NCBI GenBank assembly: GCA_032718475.1
Contig: JAUCBJ010004543.1
Span: 69,274-133,273 of the forward strand
Origin: Nemertoderma westbladi
Taxonomy: Eukaryota; Animalia; Xenacoelomorpha
Reading direction: 5' to 3'
Length of the DNA: 64,000 bases
A program made the position numbers and the translations under genes. How positions within the stretch are numbered: the stretch's first letter is position 1; every line of letters starts with the position of its first letter. Of this stretch, positions 51,660-64,000 are shown in pieces. The notes under the pieces were generated by a model. That model was not told the origin of the DNA. It ran no database searches and saw only the letters and a list, made by a program, of their open reading frames with translations.

Positions 51660-52142
51660 TGTTATGTAATAGTTTATTGCTGGAAAGTTGTTTGTTTATA
51701 TTTGAAATGTTGGAATTATTACAGTCTGCTTTATTATTTTCCTATTTTGCTTTTTACTTATCTGGTATGGTATGATTGAAGTTCCATGGAGTGTCCAGGC
51801 ATCCTAGTGCCCGGACGTCCGGATATCCGGCCAACTTAGGAACGGACAGATGGGCAGACTGACTAGTTTACTGGATGTCCAGATTGCAGAATTCAGGGCA
51901 GTCATTCGGACAGTTTGCCTGAAAGAGAAGACAGTTCAGCCAGATTTCTGGACATCTGAGCAACCCGTGTACCTGGACATTTACACGATTTTGGAATGGA
52001 CAAATAGGTAGACAGACAAGTTTAATGGACGCGCCCAGATTTGCCAAATTCCGGACAGTAGTTTGGAAAATTTGCCCGAAAAAAAAACATTTTTCCAGAT
52101 TTCTGCACATCCGTGCTTTTTAGTGCCTGGACGTCCAGTATG

Positions 52143-52370
52143 TTATAGAACTACGTTCTAAAACTGTTCTAGAGCGCAGTTCTAAAATTGTGTTCTAATA
52201 TTATGTTCTAAACTGTGTTCTAGAACTGCGTTCTAGAACTGTGTTCTAGAACTGCGTTCTAGAACTGTGTTCTAGAACTGCGTTCTAAAACTTCGTTCTA
52301 AAACTGTGTTCTTGAACTGCTTCCTTGAACTGTGTTCTAAAATTATGTTCTAGAACTGCTTTCTAAAACT
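52143..52370. repeat. 13-bp tandem repeat with palindromic core GTTCTAGAAC
   Basis: GTTCTAGAACTG(C/T) repeats, degenerate at the edges. Confidence 0.85.
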
Positions 52371-52882
52371 GAAACTGAGATATGAATAGAAAAAATACAG
52401 TTATATAAGAATTATTAATTAATTATTGGTAATATGTCAACAACTGATATAAACCAAATATTTGAAACACACAAAGTTAACATATCAGTTCAGGAAATAA
52501 GCAGCTTTACATCACCATTTTTATGTTAATAATTAATTAATTAGTTCTAGTTAATATAAATTATCAATCGCGAGTCTCCAATACACATTGACATTTCAAC
52601 TTGGTAGAAACCCATCTCTATGCAGTGAGTGTAGTATTAGCGGCGTTGTGTAGCTCATTATAATTACCCAAACTTCAATTTTGTAGGACCGGCCTGCCTA
52701 CAAGCAATAGACCCACTCCCCAGGTATTCTGACCGGATGGCAGAATACCTGCGTATACATGTATACGCATAGGAATTACTACTAGGATCGGCATGCTGCA
52801 TTGCAGCTGCATTTTTAGGAATGCTGTGCCGGCTTATAGGAAAGACTCATAGGAAAGATGGCGTTTACTAACGATCACATCG

Positions 52883-54029
52883 CGGCAGCTCCAAACCAAA
52901 ACCCAGCAAGTACATTTTTTGACTTTTCGAGATAATCGCGTTTAAAGTTTTTGGACTTTAAACAGCTGGCATTTGGTTGAAATTTAATTTGATGAGTTTT
53001 AATTTTGTGTACCTTTACAAATTGTACATATATTAGTGCCAAAACTTTTTTTAAAATTTATTCCTTACTTTTCTTATAAATCGACTTACACGGTTTTGGT
53101 ATGGTAGATAAGAAAACAATTGTAATTTTTGATGCATCAATACCCAGTAACGTCATGATTGCCATTTCAAAACACAGTAACTAATTTGCCCACACCAAAA
53201 CCCAGTAAACTAACATTTAACTTTTCCAATCAGTTACCTTGCCAAACTTCCCATGCCAAAACCAATTAACTGACAAGTCCCTTCGCCAAAACCCAGTAAC
53301 TCGTGACTTCCTTCGCCAACGGTTAGCGAAAACAAAGCAACATTCTAGAATATAATATTCTAGAACATTTAATTTTTTGTCTACGTCTGTTGCGTTGCCG
53401 GAGTTACTGGGTTTTGGTTTGGCATAGTATCTGCATTCGGGAAATCCCATGTCAAAACCCAGAATCTCAAACTGCTGGAAACCCAGTAAATCTGTTTACT
53501 GGGTTTTGACGTGGTAAATCTGACATTGACAATATACATACAGGGTTTTGACTTAGACAATTTGTCTTTCGGTAACGATACTCGATTTATACCGGTGAAA
53601 ACCCAGTAAAGAATTTTGCTAGAAACCCAGTAAGTGCAGTTGCTGGGTTTTGGCGTAGGATTTTGGGATTTTTGAGCACATACTGGGTTTTGGCGTAGGA
53701 TCTTGGGATTTTTGAGCACATACTGGGTTTTGGCGTAGGATCTTGGGATTTTTGAGCACATACTGGGTTTTGATGGAGTAACTTTTTCAAAATAACACCA
53801 GAAAGGATAAACGAAACCCAGTAACTAGCATTACTGTGTTTCGACGTGGTATTTGTTCTAAATTTAGCTAATTAGTTAATTAATTAATTGTTAATACTGC
53901 GAAATTGGTTAGTGCTATGGTTTCGAAACTGAGTCAGATGATGAATTCTACGCCCCCAATAACCCCAAAAATCGAAAAAAATTGATTTCAAAAAAAATTT
54001 ACATACTGGGTTTTGGTTTGGAGCTGCCG
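52883..54029. mobile_element. Non-autonomous TIR element with 24-bp TIRs and 4-bp TSD (ATCG)
   Basis: CGGCAGCTCCAAACCAAAACCCAG / CTGGGTTTTGGTTTGGAGCTGCCG, with ATCG on both sides. The empty site GATCACATCGGTGAGT is kept near 54106. Many internal AAAACCCAGTA motifs and a 40-bp x3 repeat at 53641-53770. Confidence 0.88.
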
Positions 54030-54497
54030 ATCGGTGAGTGAGTGAGTGGGTCAGAATACCTGCATATACATGTATATACTCATAGGGAAGGCGGCGTTTA
54101 CTAACGATCACATCGGTGAGTGAGTGAGTGGGTCGCTATAACTCTTAAGTAAAAACATCGACACACCATTGCAACGTTGCATTTCATTAGAGAAAAAAAC
54201 AGTGAATGACATTTGTGACGCAACACTTTTTATTAAAACCAAAACCAAATTATATTACAGAATGCACCATACCAGGTAATAACCGTATAATATACATTAA
54301 TATAATACACATCATTAATATTAAATAAGTTGGTATAAAACAAACAAAACTGCAAAATATAAGACCATCTGAAATGATTCTGGTCAGGTAAACCGAACCA
54401 CCAATTTATCAACCTAGAAATCCATTATTTACACCAGTAAGTTTCAAACTCGTTATCGACAGAATGGAAACTTTCTAAAGGGGACAAGATATCCTAC

Positions 54498-55490
54498 ATT
54501 ATAAGGACAACATTCTCATATTAATAGGGACAACATTCTCATATTAATAGGGACAACATTCTCATATTAATAAGGACAACATTCTCATATTAATAAGATT
54601 AATAAGGACAACATTCTCATATTAATAAGGACTACATTCTCATATTAATAAGGACAACATTCTCATATTAATAAGGACAACATTCTCATATTAATAAGGA
54701 CAACTTTCTCATATTAATAAGGACAACATTCTCATATTAATAAGGACAACATTCTCATATTAATAAGGACAACTTTCTCATATTAATAAGGACAACATTC
54801 TCATATTAATAAGGACAACATTCTCATATTAATAAGGACAACATTCTCATATTAATAAGGACAACATTCTCATATTAATAAGGACAACATTCTCATATTA
54901 ATAAGGACAACATTCTCATATTAATAAGGACAACATTCTCATATTAATAAGGACAACATTCTCATATTAATAAGGACAACATTCTCATATTAATAAGGAC
55001 AACATTCTCATATTAATAAGGACAACTTTATCATATTAATAAGGACAACATTCTCATATTAATAAGGACAACATTCTCATATTAATAAGGACAACATTCT
55101 CATATTAATAAGGACAACATTCTCATATTAATAAGGACAACATTCTCATATTAATAAGGACAACATTCTCATATTAATAAGGACAACATTCTCATATTAA
55201 TAAGGACAACATTCTCATATTAATAAGGACAACATTCTCATATTAATAAGGACAACATTCTCATATTAATAAGGACAACTTTCTCATATTAATAAGGACA
55301 ACATTCTCATATTAATAAGGACAACATTCTCATATTAATAAGGACAACATTCTCATATTAATAAGGACAACATTCTCATATTAATAAGGACAACATTCTC
55401 ATATTAATAAGGACTACATTCTCATATTAATAAGGACAACTTTCTCATATTAATAAGGACAACATTCTCATATTAATAATGACTACATTA
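54498..55490. repeat. 23-bp minisatellite, ~43 copies
   Basis: Unit AATAAGGACAACATTCTCATATT. Confidence 0.96.
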
Positions 55491-57442
55491 TCAATTATTA
55501 TTTCTAATCAACATTTCCTTTGCAAACAATACAAATATAAAAAAATAGCATCTTTCAGCAACCAAAAGTAATGCACTGCTATCTATAATCATATCTTCAG
55601 AAAAATAATTTGCAATCCTAATCTGTTCAGGTAATAATAATAATATTAGACGAATCGGCAATATATTGATTCTTAAATAAACAAAAAAAAACAAAGATAA
55701 AAATACAAATGCGATTGATGGCGGTAAAACTATCAGCTGGAAAGCGAATAAAATGAGAATAAAACATATAGCCGAGGACTTTATATATCAGGATAAAATA
55801 AAGTGAGACCTGGGGGGGGGGGGACGCAAATGTCATGTTGGCGTATTAATGTCACGTATCAGGAGTCGGTTACGGTAGCAAGTTATTCTAACCAAAACAA
55901 TAAACCAAGTTACAGTTTAATTTTAGAGAATAACGAGCTGTTATTTGCGTCAATTAATTATTATATGTTTAAAGGATTCCTTTAATTGTTTGGCTAATAT
56001 TTATTCGCTGTACCGGTGGGTTACCGGTATATTTACTTTAATATCTTTTATTCTAGAACGTAAAGCAAGTAACTAGGCGGTTTAAAATATTATAAACTTT
56101 TAACTAAACTATTTTTTGTACTTATACATTGTCGCACTAATAATGAGAAACATGGCTGACTAACTGTGTGACACAAAACGGGAATATTTATCAACTAAAT
56201 TAATTATAATAATAGTAAATACCGTAACAACTAAATAATAATATTATGAAAATCAAAATAAAATGCTGACTATAATATAGAATCCATTGCAACCGACAAT
56301 CACTATATAACTGCATTACAAGCCGCACCAACACTTATATTTATTAACAATAATTATATTAATAGATTCTACTAAACTCTCATACAATCCATCACATAAA
56401 ATATTCTAGAACTCCAACAATTCGAGGAGATACATTACAATTTAATTACCAAATAAATAAGTTGGCTTATAATTAATTACCAGCAATAATTACCTGGGAT
56501 ACAGATATGAACAGCTATAAAGTAATTCCCCATTCCAAATATTACAATTTTATTTAGCAAATCTATATAATTATTAATTACGGCATAATTAATTATAAAA
56601 CCTTTTCAAAAAAAATTAAATTCACTCTAAACATTCCTATCCTATTACAATCTATATAAAATAGCACAATTAAATCATTACACTATCATGATAATTTCCA
56701 TAAACTAAATATTTGCCAATGAATAATATTCTACCACAAAGATATTTTATTAACTATAATATTTATATAACTATAACGTAATATTCGTACGTACATAAAG
56801 AACATTAATAAACTATATTAAATATAATAAGGATATCTATTCATTTAGAGCGACTCGAGAGTAAATTAAAAGAAATAAAGTTGGCGCATGCTTGAATCTA
56901 TAAGGAAATATAGAGAACTTTATAGCCGAAAGTGGAACGATATGGGGGAAAAGTATAGAGATTATATTACTTCTTAACTGAAGCAGCAATAAAACCAAAC
57001 CAAACTATCAAACTCCACAAAAGGTTAATCCACAATACATCGAATTCCAAATAATTAAAAGTTCAAAAAGTTAATATTAGAGACAAGAACTTCGAATAGG
57101 ATAAGTCGAGTTAGACAGACTTGCAGCTGCATTCAGCACTATATAGTGGCAAACCTTAGGGCTTCTCCAACAGAACTAATTAATTGGACTAATTGTACCA
57201 CTGCCGGGCGCACTGGGGGCAGGAATGGTTTCCAAGGGAACAGCTGTGGCAGAACGGCGTGTGATGATGACAGGGTAGTTAACTTAGTCATCACTAACTT
57301 AGTAAGAATGAACTTCTAGAACACGTCTTGAGTATTCTCCATTGTTGGTGTCCTCTCGAGACAGTCGTTCCAAATCCCTTTAATCCCAAGACTCGTGGTC
57401 TCCCGCTAAGCGGCGCTGATAAACCTCTCCATCGGTTAGAAC

Positions 57443-57684
57443 TTAGTCTGTGGGTTTCTTGAACGGCCGGCCGCGGTTCCTCTTGAGTAAATCTGAGTAA
57501 ATGAATTTAAATAATAAGTTAATTAATAAGTTAAACCTTCTTATAGTAAGTCTAGCTACGTAGTAATTATATACGGGATTATAATAAATAAATTACCTTT
57601 CTTGTAATCGTCCTTGGTCCCGAAACACTTTAATATATTCGATTGTGCACGGCCATTAATAATTATTGTAATCCAACGTAACAA
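57443..57684 (-). CDS. Possible last two exons (57684-57597, 57492-57443) of a convergent gene
   Basis: Minus-strand AAG|GTAATT donor and TTTACTCAG| acceptor bound a 104-nt intron. The only open spliced frame is LLRWITIIINGRAQSNILKCFGTKDDYKKDLLKRNRGRPFKKPTD*. No family recognised. Confidence 0.3.
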
Positions 57685-57994
57685 CTACCTACGGTAAGTA
57701 ACACATAAGTATTGTTATTGAATGAAATGACTGGCGGCCGCTGCCTTTGTATAAATAAAGCCCAATGAATGTAAACTGAAACAAGTAGGCTACGGTCGCG
57801 TAGGCCTGATTGAGAGGATTTGCGTACAACTGTCTGGCCATGCCAATGAACTGTGTCTTTGATTTATACAGCGGTCAGCCTATAATATCAATGCAATAAT
57901 ATTAGATGGCTAGAGAGGCAACATCACAATGCCTGAAGCAGTCACATAAGGTGAAGTACAGAACTCATTAGCATAAGTTAATGAGAAGAGAGAT

Positions 57995-60570
57995 TGCCCT
58001 TTTTTCGGGGATCATAAAACAGTAACAGTTAGGTCTATGAAAAATTACAACAAGGAACGCTTTTTAAGTTTGTTAGTTAATTCTGACTGGGAACCCTGTT
58101 TTAAGGCCGCTGACATTAACCTTGCGTACACTGTTTTTAAAGATATATTTTTAAAGGCACTTAATACTGTAGCACCAATTAAAGAAATTAGTCTTAAACA
58201 ACGCACTGAGCCCTGGATGACCTCGGGTATTCTTAGTAATATCAGAGAAAGAGATAACTATTTGTATAAATTTAGGAAATACCGTGTTTTAGCTGATTAT
58301 AATAATTACTGCAAATATAGAAACCTTGTCCAACGGGAAATAAAAAAAGCTAAATCTGAATATTTGTACAACAAAATAAGTGAGAATAAAGATAATCCAA
58401 AAAGTCTATGGTCTACCCTAAAATCTTTAGGTTATAAAAACCTTAAATCTAAATCGAATATTGTTCTGCAAGATAACGGTGAGCTGATTCATGATCATAC
58501 TCTAGTTAGTAATTTATTTAATAATTATTTTACTAATGTTGCCTCTAATTTAGTTAAGAAATTACCGTTATCAAGTAATAAATATAGTATAGGGTCCGAA
58601 ACTCTAAATAATTTTTATTTAGAAAAGTTACAAAATTCAGAAAAGTTATTTTTAAAACCCGTTTCTGAGGATTTCGTTTTTAAAAATCTACTTAGCCTAT
58701 CAGCCTCAAAAAGTACCGGTCTAGATCTAATACCTGCCCGTTTTCTTAAGGATGGTGCTGAAGTACTTAAAGTGCCTATTACTTTTATTATTAATTACTC
58801 TATCGTAGATAATGTAGTACCAGACGAACTGAAATTAGCTAAGGTTGTTCCTCTGTATAAAAAGAATAGTAAAGTAGAACCCTGTAATTACAGACCTGTT
58901 AGTATCTTAAGTATTGTATCTAAAATTCTAGAACGTTCTGTTTTTCTACAGCTGGAAGCACATCTTAGTAGGCTAAATCTGATCTATGAACTTCAGTCCG
59001 GTTTTCGTAAATCATATTCTACAGACACCTGCCTTATTAACTTAACTGATACAATTAGATGTAATAACGCAAAGGGTTTATATACTGGTATGGTAATGTT
59101 GGACCTACAAAAGGCTTTCGATACTGTAGATCACGAAATTCTGCTTGGTAAGTTAGGCCTGATGGGTGTAGGTTCTATAGACTGGTTCAAGTCCTACCTG
59201 TCAGACAGAGGTCAAACTGTAGTCATTAGCAAATCGCTGTCTACTGTACAAGAGATTACCTGTGGTGTACCGCAAGGTAGTATATTAGGTCCTCTGCTTT
59301 TTGTATGCTATGTAAATGATATGATAAGTAGTATAGATCCCGATTTTAAACTCATTTTATATGCCGACGACAGTGCTCTTATTTTCTCTCATAAAGATCC
59401 TATCCATATTTCCCAAAAGTTAAGTGCAGTTCTAGAATCCTGTAATGAGTGGTTGGTTGATAATAAGCTATCCATTCACTACGGTAAAACTGAAAGTATT
59501 TTGTTTGGTTCCAAAAGAAAGTTAAAGAAGGTAACTAAGTTTGAAGTCACTAGTAATGGACATAAGATTGAAAATAAAAAGGAAGTTAAATATTTGGGCG
59601 CCACATTGGATAACTGCTTATCAGGAGAAAGTACAGTGAAAAATATTTTCTCGAAAGTTAACAGTAGGCTTAGGTTTCTATACAGAAATAAAAATAGTTT
59701 GAACACCGACTCCCGCAAGTTACTTTGCTCTTCTTTAATACAGTGTCACATGGACTATGCGTGCTCTTCTTGGTATGAAGGCTTAACCAAACAGCTTAAA
59801 TGTAAATTACAAGTAGCTCAGAATAAAGTAGTACGATTTATTAAAGACTACAAACCTAGGCACCACCTAACTCCAGATGACTTTTCTGAATCTGGACTAC
59901 TTAACTTAGATAGTAGAGTTAAGCAGCTACGCCTTAACCATGTGCATAAAGTGTATAATGGTAAATGTCCCAATTACCTAAAACAAAAATTCAACAGAGT
60001 ACGCGATACACACTCTTACAGTACCAGAGCTAGTGCTTCAAACTTCTACCTCCCGAATTGTAAATCCTTTGAATCTGATACTTTCTTTTTTAACGGCATA
60101 AAAAATTGGAACGCTCTGCCTAATGAAATTAAAAACCTAAATAATAAACATTCTTTTAAATCTGCAGTTAAATCTCATCTCCGTGTGCAATGTAAAAATA
60201 GGTACAATAGTCCTACAGTAAGTTATTAGTTTATTAATTATTTACTATTTATACTGTAATTACGTTTTATAATAAATTGTTCTGTACGTTACATCTTTAT
60301 CGTTGAGTCGGGCATTGTCACGCTCTCGGTAAAGTTGTACATGTACATAGTGCAATTACGTTTTATATTGGTTTTAGGTTAGCGTAGTGTAATATTGTAT
60401 TTGTAACCAAGTAACATAAAGGACCCCCTTGGAAATAAGCTGCAAAGCTTTAGGGGTAATCCTATATGTTATGTTGGACAATACCTTTATACCGGTACAT
60501 TGTTTGGTGTATTTGTTATTGTTTTTACATAATGTATAAATAAATCTATCTATTGTATATTGAAATGAAT
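57995..60570 (+). mobile_element. 5'-truncated non-LTR retrotransposon (L2/CR1 group)
   Basis: RT ORF with no endonuclease domain or ORF1. The 3' UTR has a GGACCCCCTTGGAAATAAGC...GCTTTAGGGGTAATCC stem-loop region and an AATAAA/short-repeat tail. No TSD seen. Confidence 0.88.
58037..60229 (+). CDS. LINE ORF2 reverse transcriptase (N-terminally truncated, frame intact)
   Basis: Motifs [56 protein letters not shown], and the C-terminal HSYSTR...WNALP. Confidence 0.96.
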   Translation: MKNYNKERFLSLLVNSDWEPCFKAADINLAYTVFKDIFLKALNTVAPIKEISLKQRTEPWMTSGILSNIRERDNYLYKFRKYRVLADYNNYCKYRNLVQREIKKAKSEYLYNKISENKDNPKSLWSTLKSLGYKNLKSKSNIVLQDNGELIHDHTLVSNLFNNYFTNVASNLVKKLPLSSNKYSIGSETLNNFYLEKLQNSEKLFLKPVSEDFVFKNLLSLSASKSTGLDLIPARFLKDGAEVLKVPITFIINYSIVDNVVPDELKLAKVVPLYKKNSKVEPCNYRPVSILSIVSKILERSVFLQLEAHLSRLNLIYELQSGFRKSYSTDTCLINLTDTIRCNNAKGLYTGMVMLDLQKAFDTVDHEILLGKLGLMGVGSIDWFKSYLSDRGQTVVISKSLSTVQEITCGVPQGSILGPLLFVCYVNDMISSIDPDFKLILYADDSALIFSHKDPIHISQKLSAVLESCNEWLVDNKLSIHYGKTESILFGSKRKLKKVTKFEVTSNGHKIENKKEVKYLGATLDNCLSGESTVKNIFSKVNSRLRFLYRNKNSLNTDSRKLLCSSLIQCHMDYACSSWYEGLTKQLKCKLQVAQNKVVRFIKDYKPRHHLTPDDFSESGLLNLDSRVKQLRLNHVHKVYNGKCPNYLKQKFNRVRDTHSYSTRASASNFYLPNCKSFESDTFFFNGIKNWNALPNEIKNLNNKHSFKSAVKSHLRVQCKNRYNSPTVSY

Positions 60571-61462
60571 GGACGCCATCTTGAATGGATTTGTTGAGTG
60601 AAAACACAGGAATGTGACGTTGGTATGGGCTTATTTTAGGATCTCGTGAAAAAGTAAATATACCACGAGACTCGCCATGTTGTATTCCATAAGATGTATA
60701 TATTTTGAATATAATTTTTGATAGTATTATAGGAGTTTTTGCATAAAAACTAGCTTAAAACACGATATTTTTTTGGAAAAAGCCGGGTTTAGCAAGATGA
60801 GTTGGTTGGGATGTCAACAAAGCTTCTGATTCGCTGTTTCTGTGGAGACAAAGGGAAAATAGCTTCAACCATTATAGATTTAACATTAAGTGAAGGGGAA
60901 TAATGGTTGGTTTTTTTCACAGAATTTTCGCCTGTACATTATTTGGAAAAGTTGAGGGTTTGATGGCGGGAAAGTGACAGATTCGGGAACTAGATTGAAT
61001 TTTGCATACAACTTTTTTTTTTTAGCTACTCTTGAGAATGATGTTTTCTATGTTTAATTTGAATTTTAAATACTAACTTTCTCCCCACCATAGAAGTAAT
61101 GGTAGCGTTTGAACGAATCAGAGATCTTCATGGCTAAGTTTCATGACTGAGCGTGGCTTATAAACCAGTAAATTATTCTGAAAATAATGAAAACTTTGGC
61201 GGCCTGTAACTTTGGATCACGTGGATGAAATTGGCTGATTTTAAGTTTATTGGAATGAGCATAATTTTATCTTTCTATTCATACAAGGTACTAATTAAAA
61301 CGATCAAGAATAACCTTATTTGAAATTATAGTTATAATAACATAGTTGATACAATGGATCAAGGGGGGCAGGGGTATGTATGATAAGTAAGTGTTATAGG
61401 CCTATGCATTGCGGCTAAATGCCATGGTATCATTATGTAAATAAATGCTTGTGAAATGATAC

Positions 61463-62300
61463 TGGTATCGGTATCGGTAAATTGATATCAGTATCAGTAT
61501 TGGAATCGATATTGGTTATTGCTATCGATATTGGTTATTGGTATCGATATTGGTTATTGCTATCGATATTGGTTATTGGTATCAGTATTGGTATCGATAT
61601 TGGTTATTGGTATTGGTATCGATATTGGTTATTGGTATCGATATTAGTTATTGCTATCGATATTGGTTATTGGTATCAGTATTGGTATCGATATTGGTTA
61701 TTGGTATTGGTATCGATATTGGTTATTGCTATCGATATTGGTTATTGGTATCGATATTGGTTATTGCTATCGATATTGGTTATTGCTATCGATATTGGTT
61801 ATTGCTATCGATATTGGTTATTGGTATTGGTATCAGTATTGGTATCGATATTGGTTATTGGTATCAGTATTGGTATCTTTATTGGTTATTGGTATCGATA
61901 TTGATTATTGGTATCGATATTGGTTATTGCTATCGATATTGGTTATTGCTATCGATATTGGTTATTGGTATCAGTATTGGTATCGATATCAATATTGTTA
62001 TTGGTATTGGTATCGATATTGGTTATTGCTATCGATATTGGTTATTGCTATCGATATTGGTTATTGCTATCGATATTGGTTATTGGTATCGATATTGGTT
62101 ATTGGTATTCGTATCGCTTTAGGTTATTGGTATCGATATTGGTTATTGGTATCGATATTGGTTATTGATGTTGGTATCGATATTGGTTATTGATAATGGT
62201 ATTGATATTGGTTATTGGTATCTTTATTGGTTATTGGTATCGATATTGATTATTGGTATCGAAATTGGTTATTGTTTTCAATATCGATATCATATTGTTA
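61463..62300. repeat. Degenerate compound satellite of TATTGG/TATCGA/TATTGC units
   Basis: Mixed hexamer-like units forming a ~19-bp higher-order unit TATCGATATTGGTTATTG(G/C). Confidence 0.93.
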
Positions 62301-64000
62301 TATCGGTATCGGTATCGGTATCGGTATCGGTATCGGTATCGGTATCGGTATCGGTATCGGTATCGGTGTCGGTATCGGTATCGGTATCGGTATCGGTATC
62401 GGTATCGGTATCGGTATCGGTATCGGTATCGGTATCGGTATCGGTATCGGTATCGGTATCGGTATCGGTATCGGTATCGGTATCGGTATCGGTATCGGTA
62501 TCGGTATCGGTATCGGTATCGGTATCGGTATCGGTATCGGTATCGGTATCGGTATCGGTATCGGTATCGGTATCGGTATCGGTATCGGTATCGGTATCGG
62601 TATCGGTATCGGTATCGGTATCGGTATCGGTATCGGTATCGGTATCGGTATCGGTATCGGTATCGGTATCGGTATCGGTATCGGTATCGGTATCGGTATC
62701 GGTATCGGTATCGGTATCGGTATCGGTATCGGTATCGGTATCGGTATCGGTATCGGTATCGGTATCGGTATCGGTATCGGTATCGGTATCGGTATCGGTA
62801 TCGGTATCGGTATCGGTATCGGTATCGGTATCGGTATCGGTATCGGTATCGGTATCGGTATCGGTATCGGTATCGGTATCGGTATCGGTATCGGTATCGG
62901 TATCGGTATCGGTATCGGTATCGGTATCGGTATCGGTATCGGTATCGGTATCGGTATCGGTATCGGTATCGGTATCGGTATCGGTATCGGTATCGGTATC
63001 GGTATCGGTATCGGTATCGGTATCGGTATCGGTATCGGTATCGGTATCGGTATCGGTATCGGTATCGGTATCGGTATCGGTATCGGTATCGGTATCGGTA
63101 TCGGTATCGGTATCGGTATCGGTATCGGTATCGGTATCGGTATCGGTATCGGTATCGGTATCGGTATCGGTATCGGTATCGGTATCGGTATCGGTATCGG
63201 TATCGGTATCGGTATCGGTATCGGTATCGGTATCGGTATCGGTATCGGTATCGGTATCGGTATCGGTATCGGTATCGGTATCGGTATCGGTATCGGTATC
63301 GGTATCGGTATCGGTATCGGTATCGGTATCGGTATCGGTATCGGTATCGGTATCGGTATCGGTATCGGTATCGGTATCGGTATCGGTATCGGTATCGGTA
63401 TCGGTATCGGTATCGGTATCGGTATCGGTATCGGTATCGGTATCGGTATCGGTATCGGTATCGGTATCGGTATCGGTATCGGTATCGGTATCGGTATCGG
63501 TATCGGTATCGGTATCGGTATCGGTATCGGTATCGGTATCGGTATCGGTATCGGTATCGGTATCGGTATCGGTATCGGTATCGGTATCGGTATCGGTATC
63601 GGTATCGGTATCGGTATCGGTATCGGTATCGGTATCGGTATCGGTATCGGTATCGGTATCGGTATCGGTATCGGTATCGGTATCGGTATCGGTATCGGTA
63701 TCGGTATCGGTATCGGTATCGGTATCGGTATCGGTATCGGTATCGGTATCGGTATCGGTATCGGTATCGGTATCGGTATCGGTATCGGTATCGGTATCGG
63801 TATCGGTATCGGTATCGGTATCGGTATCGGTATCGGTATCGGTATCGGTATCGGTATCGGTATCGGTATCGGTATCGGTATCGGTATCGGTATCGGTATC
63901 GGTATCGGTATCGGTATCGGTATCGGTATCGGTATCGGTATCGGTATCGGTATCGGTATCGGTATCGGTATCGGTATCGGTATCGGTATCGGTATCGGTA
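62301..64000. repeat. Near-perfect (GGTATC)n array, ~280 copies, open at window end
   Basis: Pure hexamer repeat; I see only one variant (GGTGTC, position 62368). Confidence 0.99.

Noticed and set aside
58037-60229. Retron, group II intron or telomerase RT
   Set aside because: The motifs and 3' UTR are those of an L2/CR1-group LINE ORF2.
60575-61400. Probable DNA-transposon fragment after the LINE
   Set aside because: No TIR pair, TSD or coding motif could be identified.

Overview
This is animal (invertebrate-like), AT-rich, intron-containing genomic DNA, not prokaryotic sequence. Bases 2-51160 (+) are the 3' part of a giant spectraplakin gene (MACF1/dystonin/short stop family). It has a >8.6 kb plectin-repeat exon, about 40 spectrin-repeat exons, two EF-hands, a GAS2/GAR domain and an S/R-rich tail. 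I traced 46 exons by GT-AG and phase consistency, plus candidate alternative exons. The introns carry an internally deleted piggyBac element in the sense orientation with an in-frame acceptor, several MITEs with visible TIRs/TSDs, tRNA-derived SINEs, and tandem arrays that start at splice sites, including about 77 copies of an exon end plus GTAAGT donor. Downstream lie another MITE, a 23-bp satellite, possible terminal exons of a convergent gene, a 5'-truncated L2/CR1-group LINE, and a degenerate hexamer array grading into about 1.7 kb of near-perfect (GGTATC)n that runs off the window. All family assignments rest on motifs recognised by eye; no database search was run.
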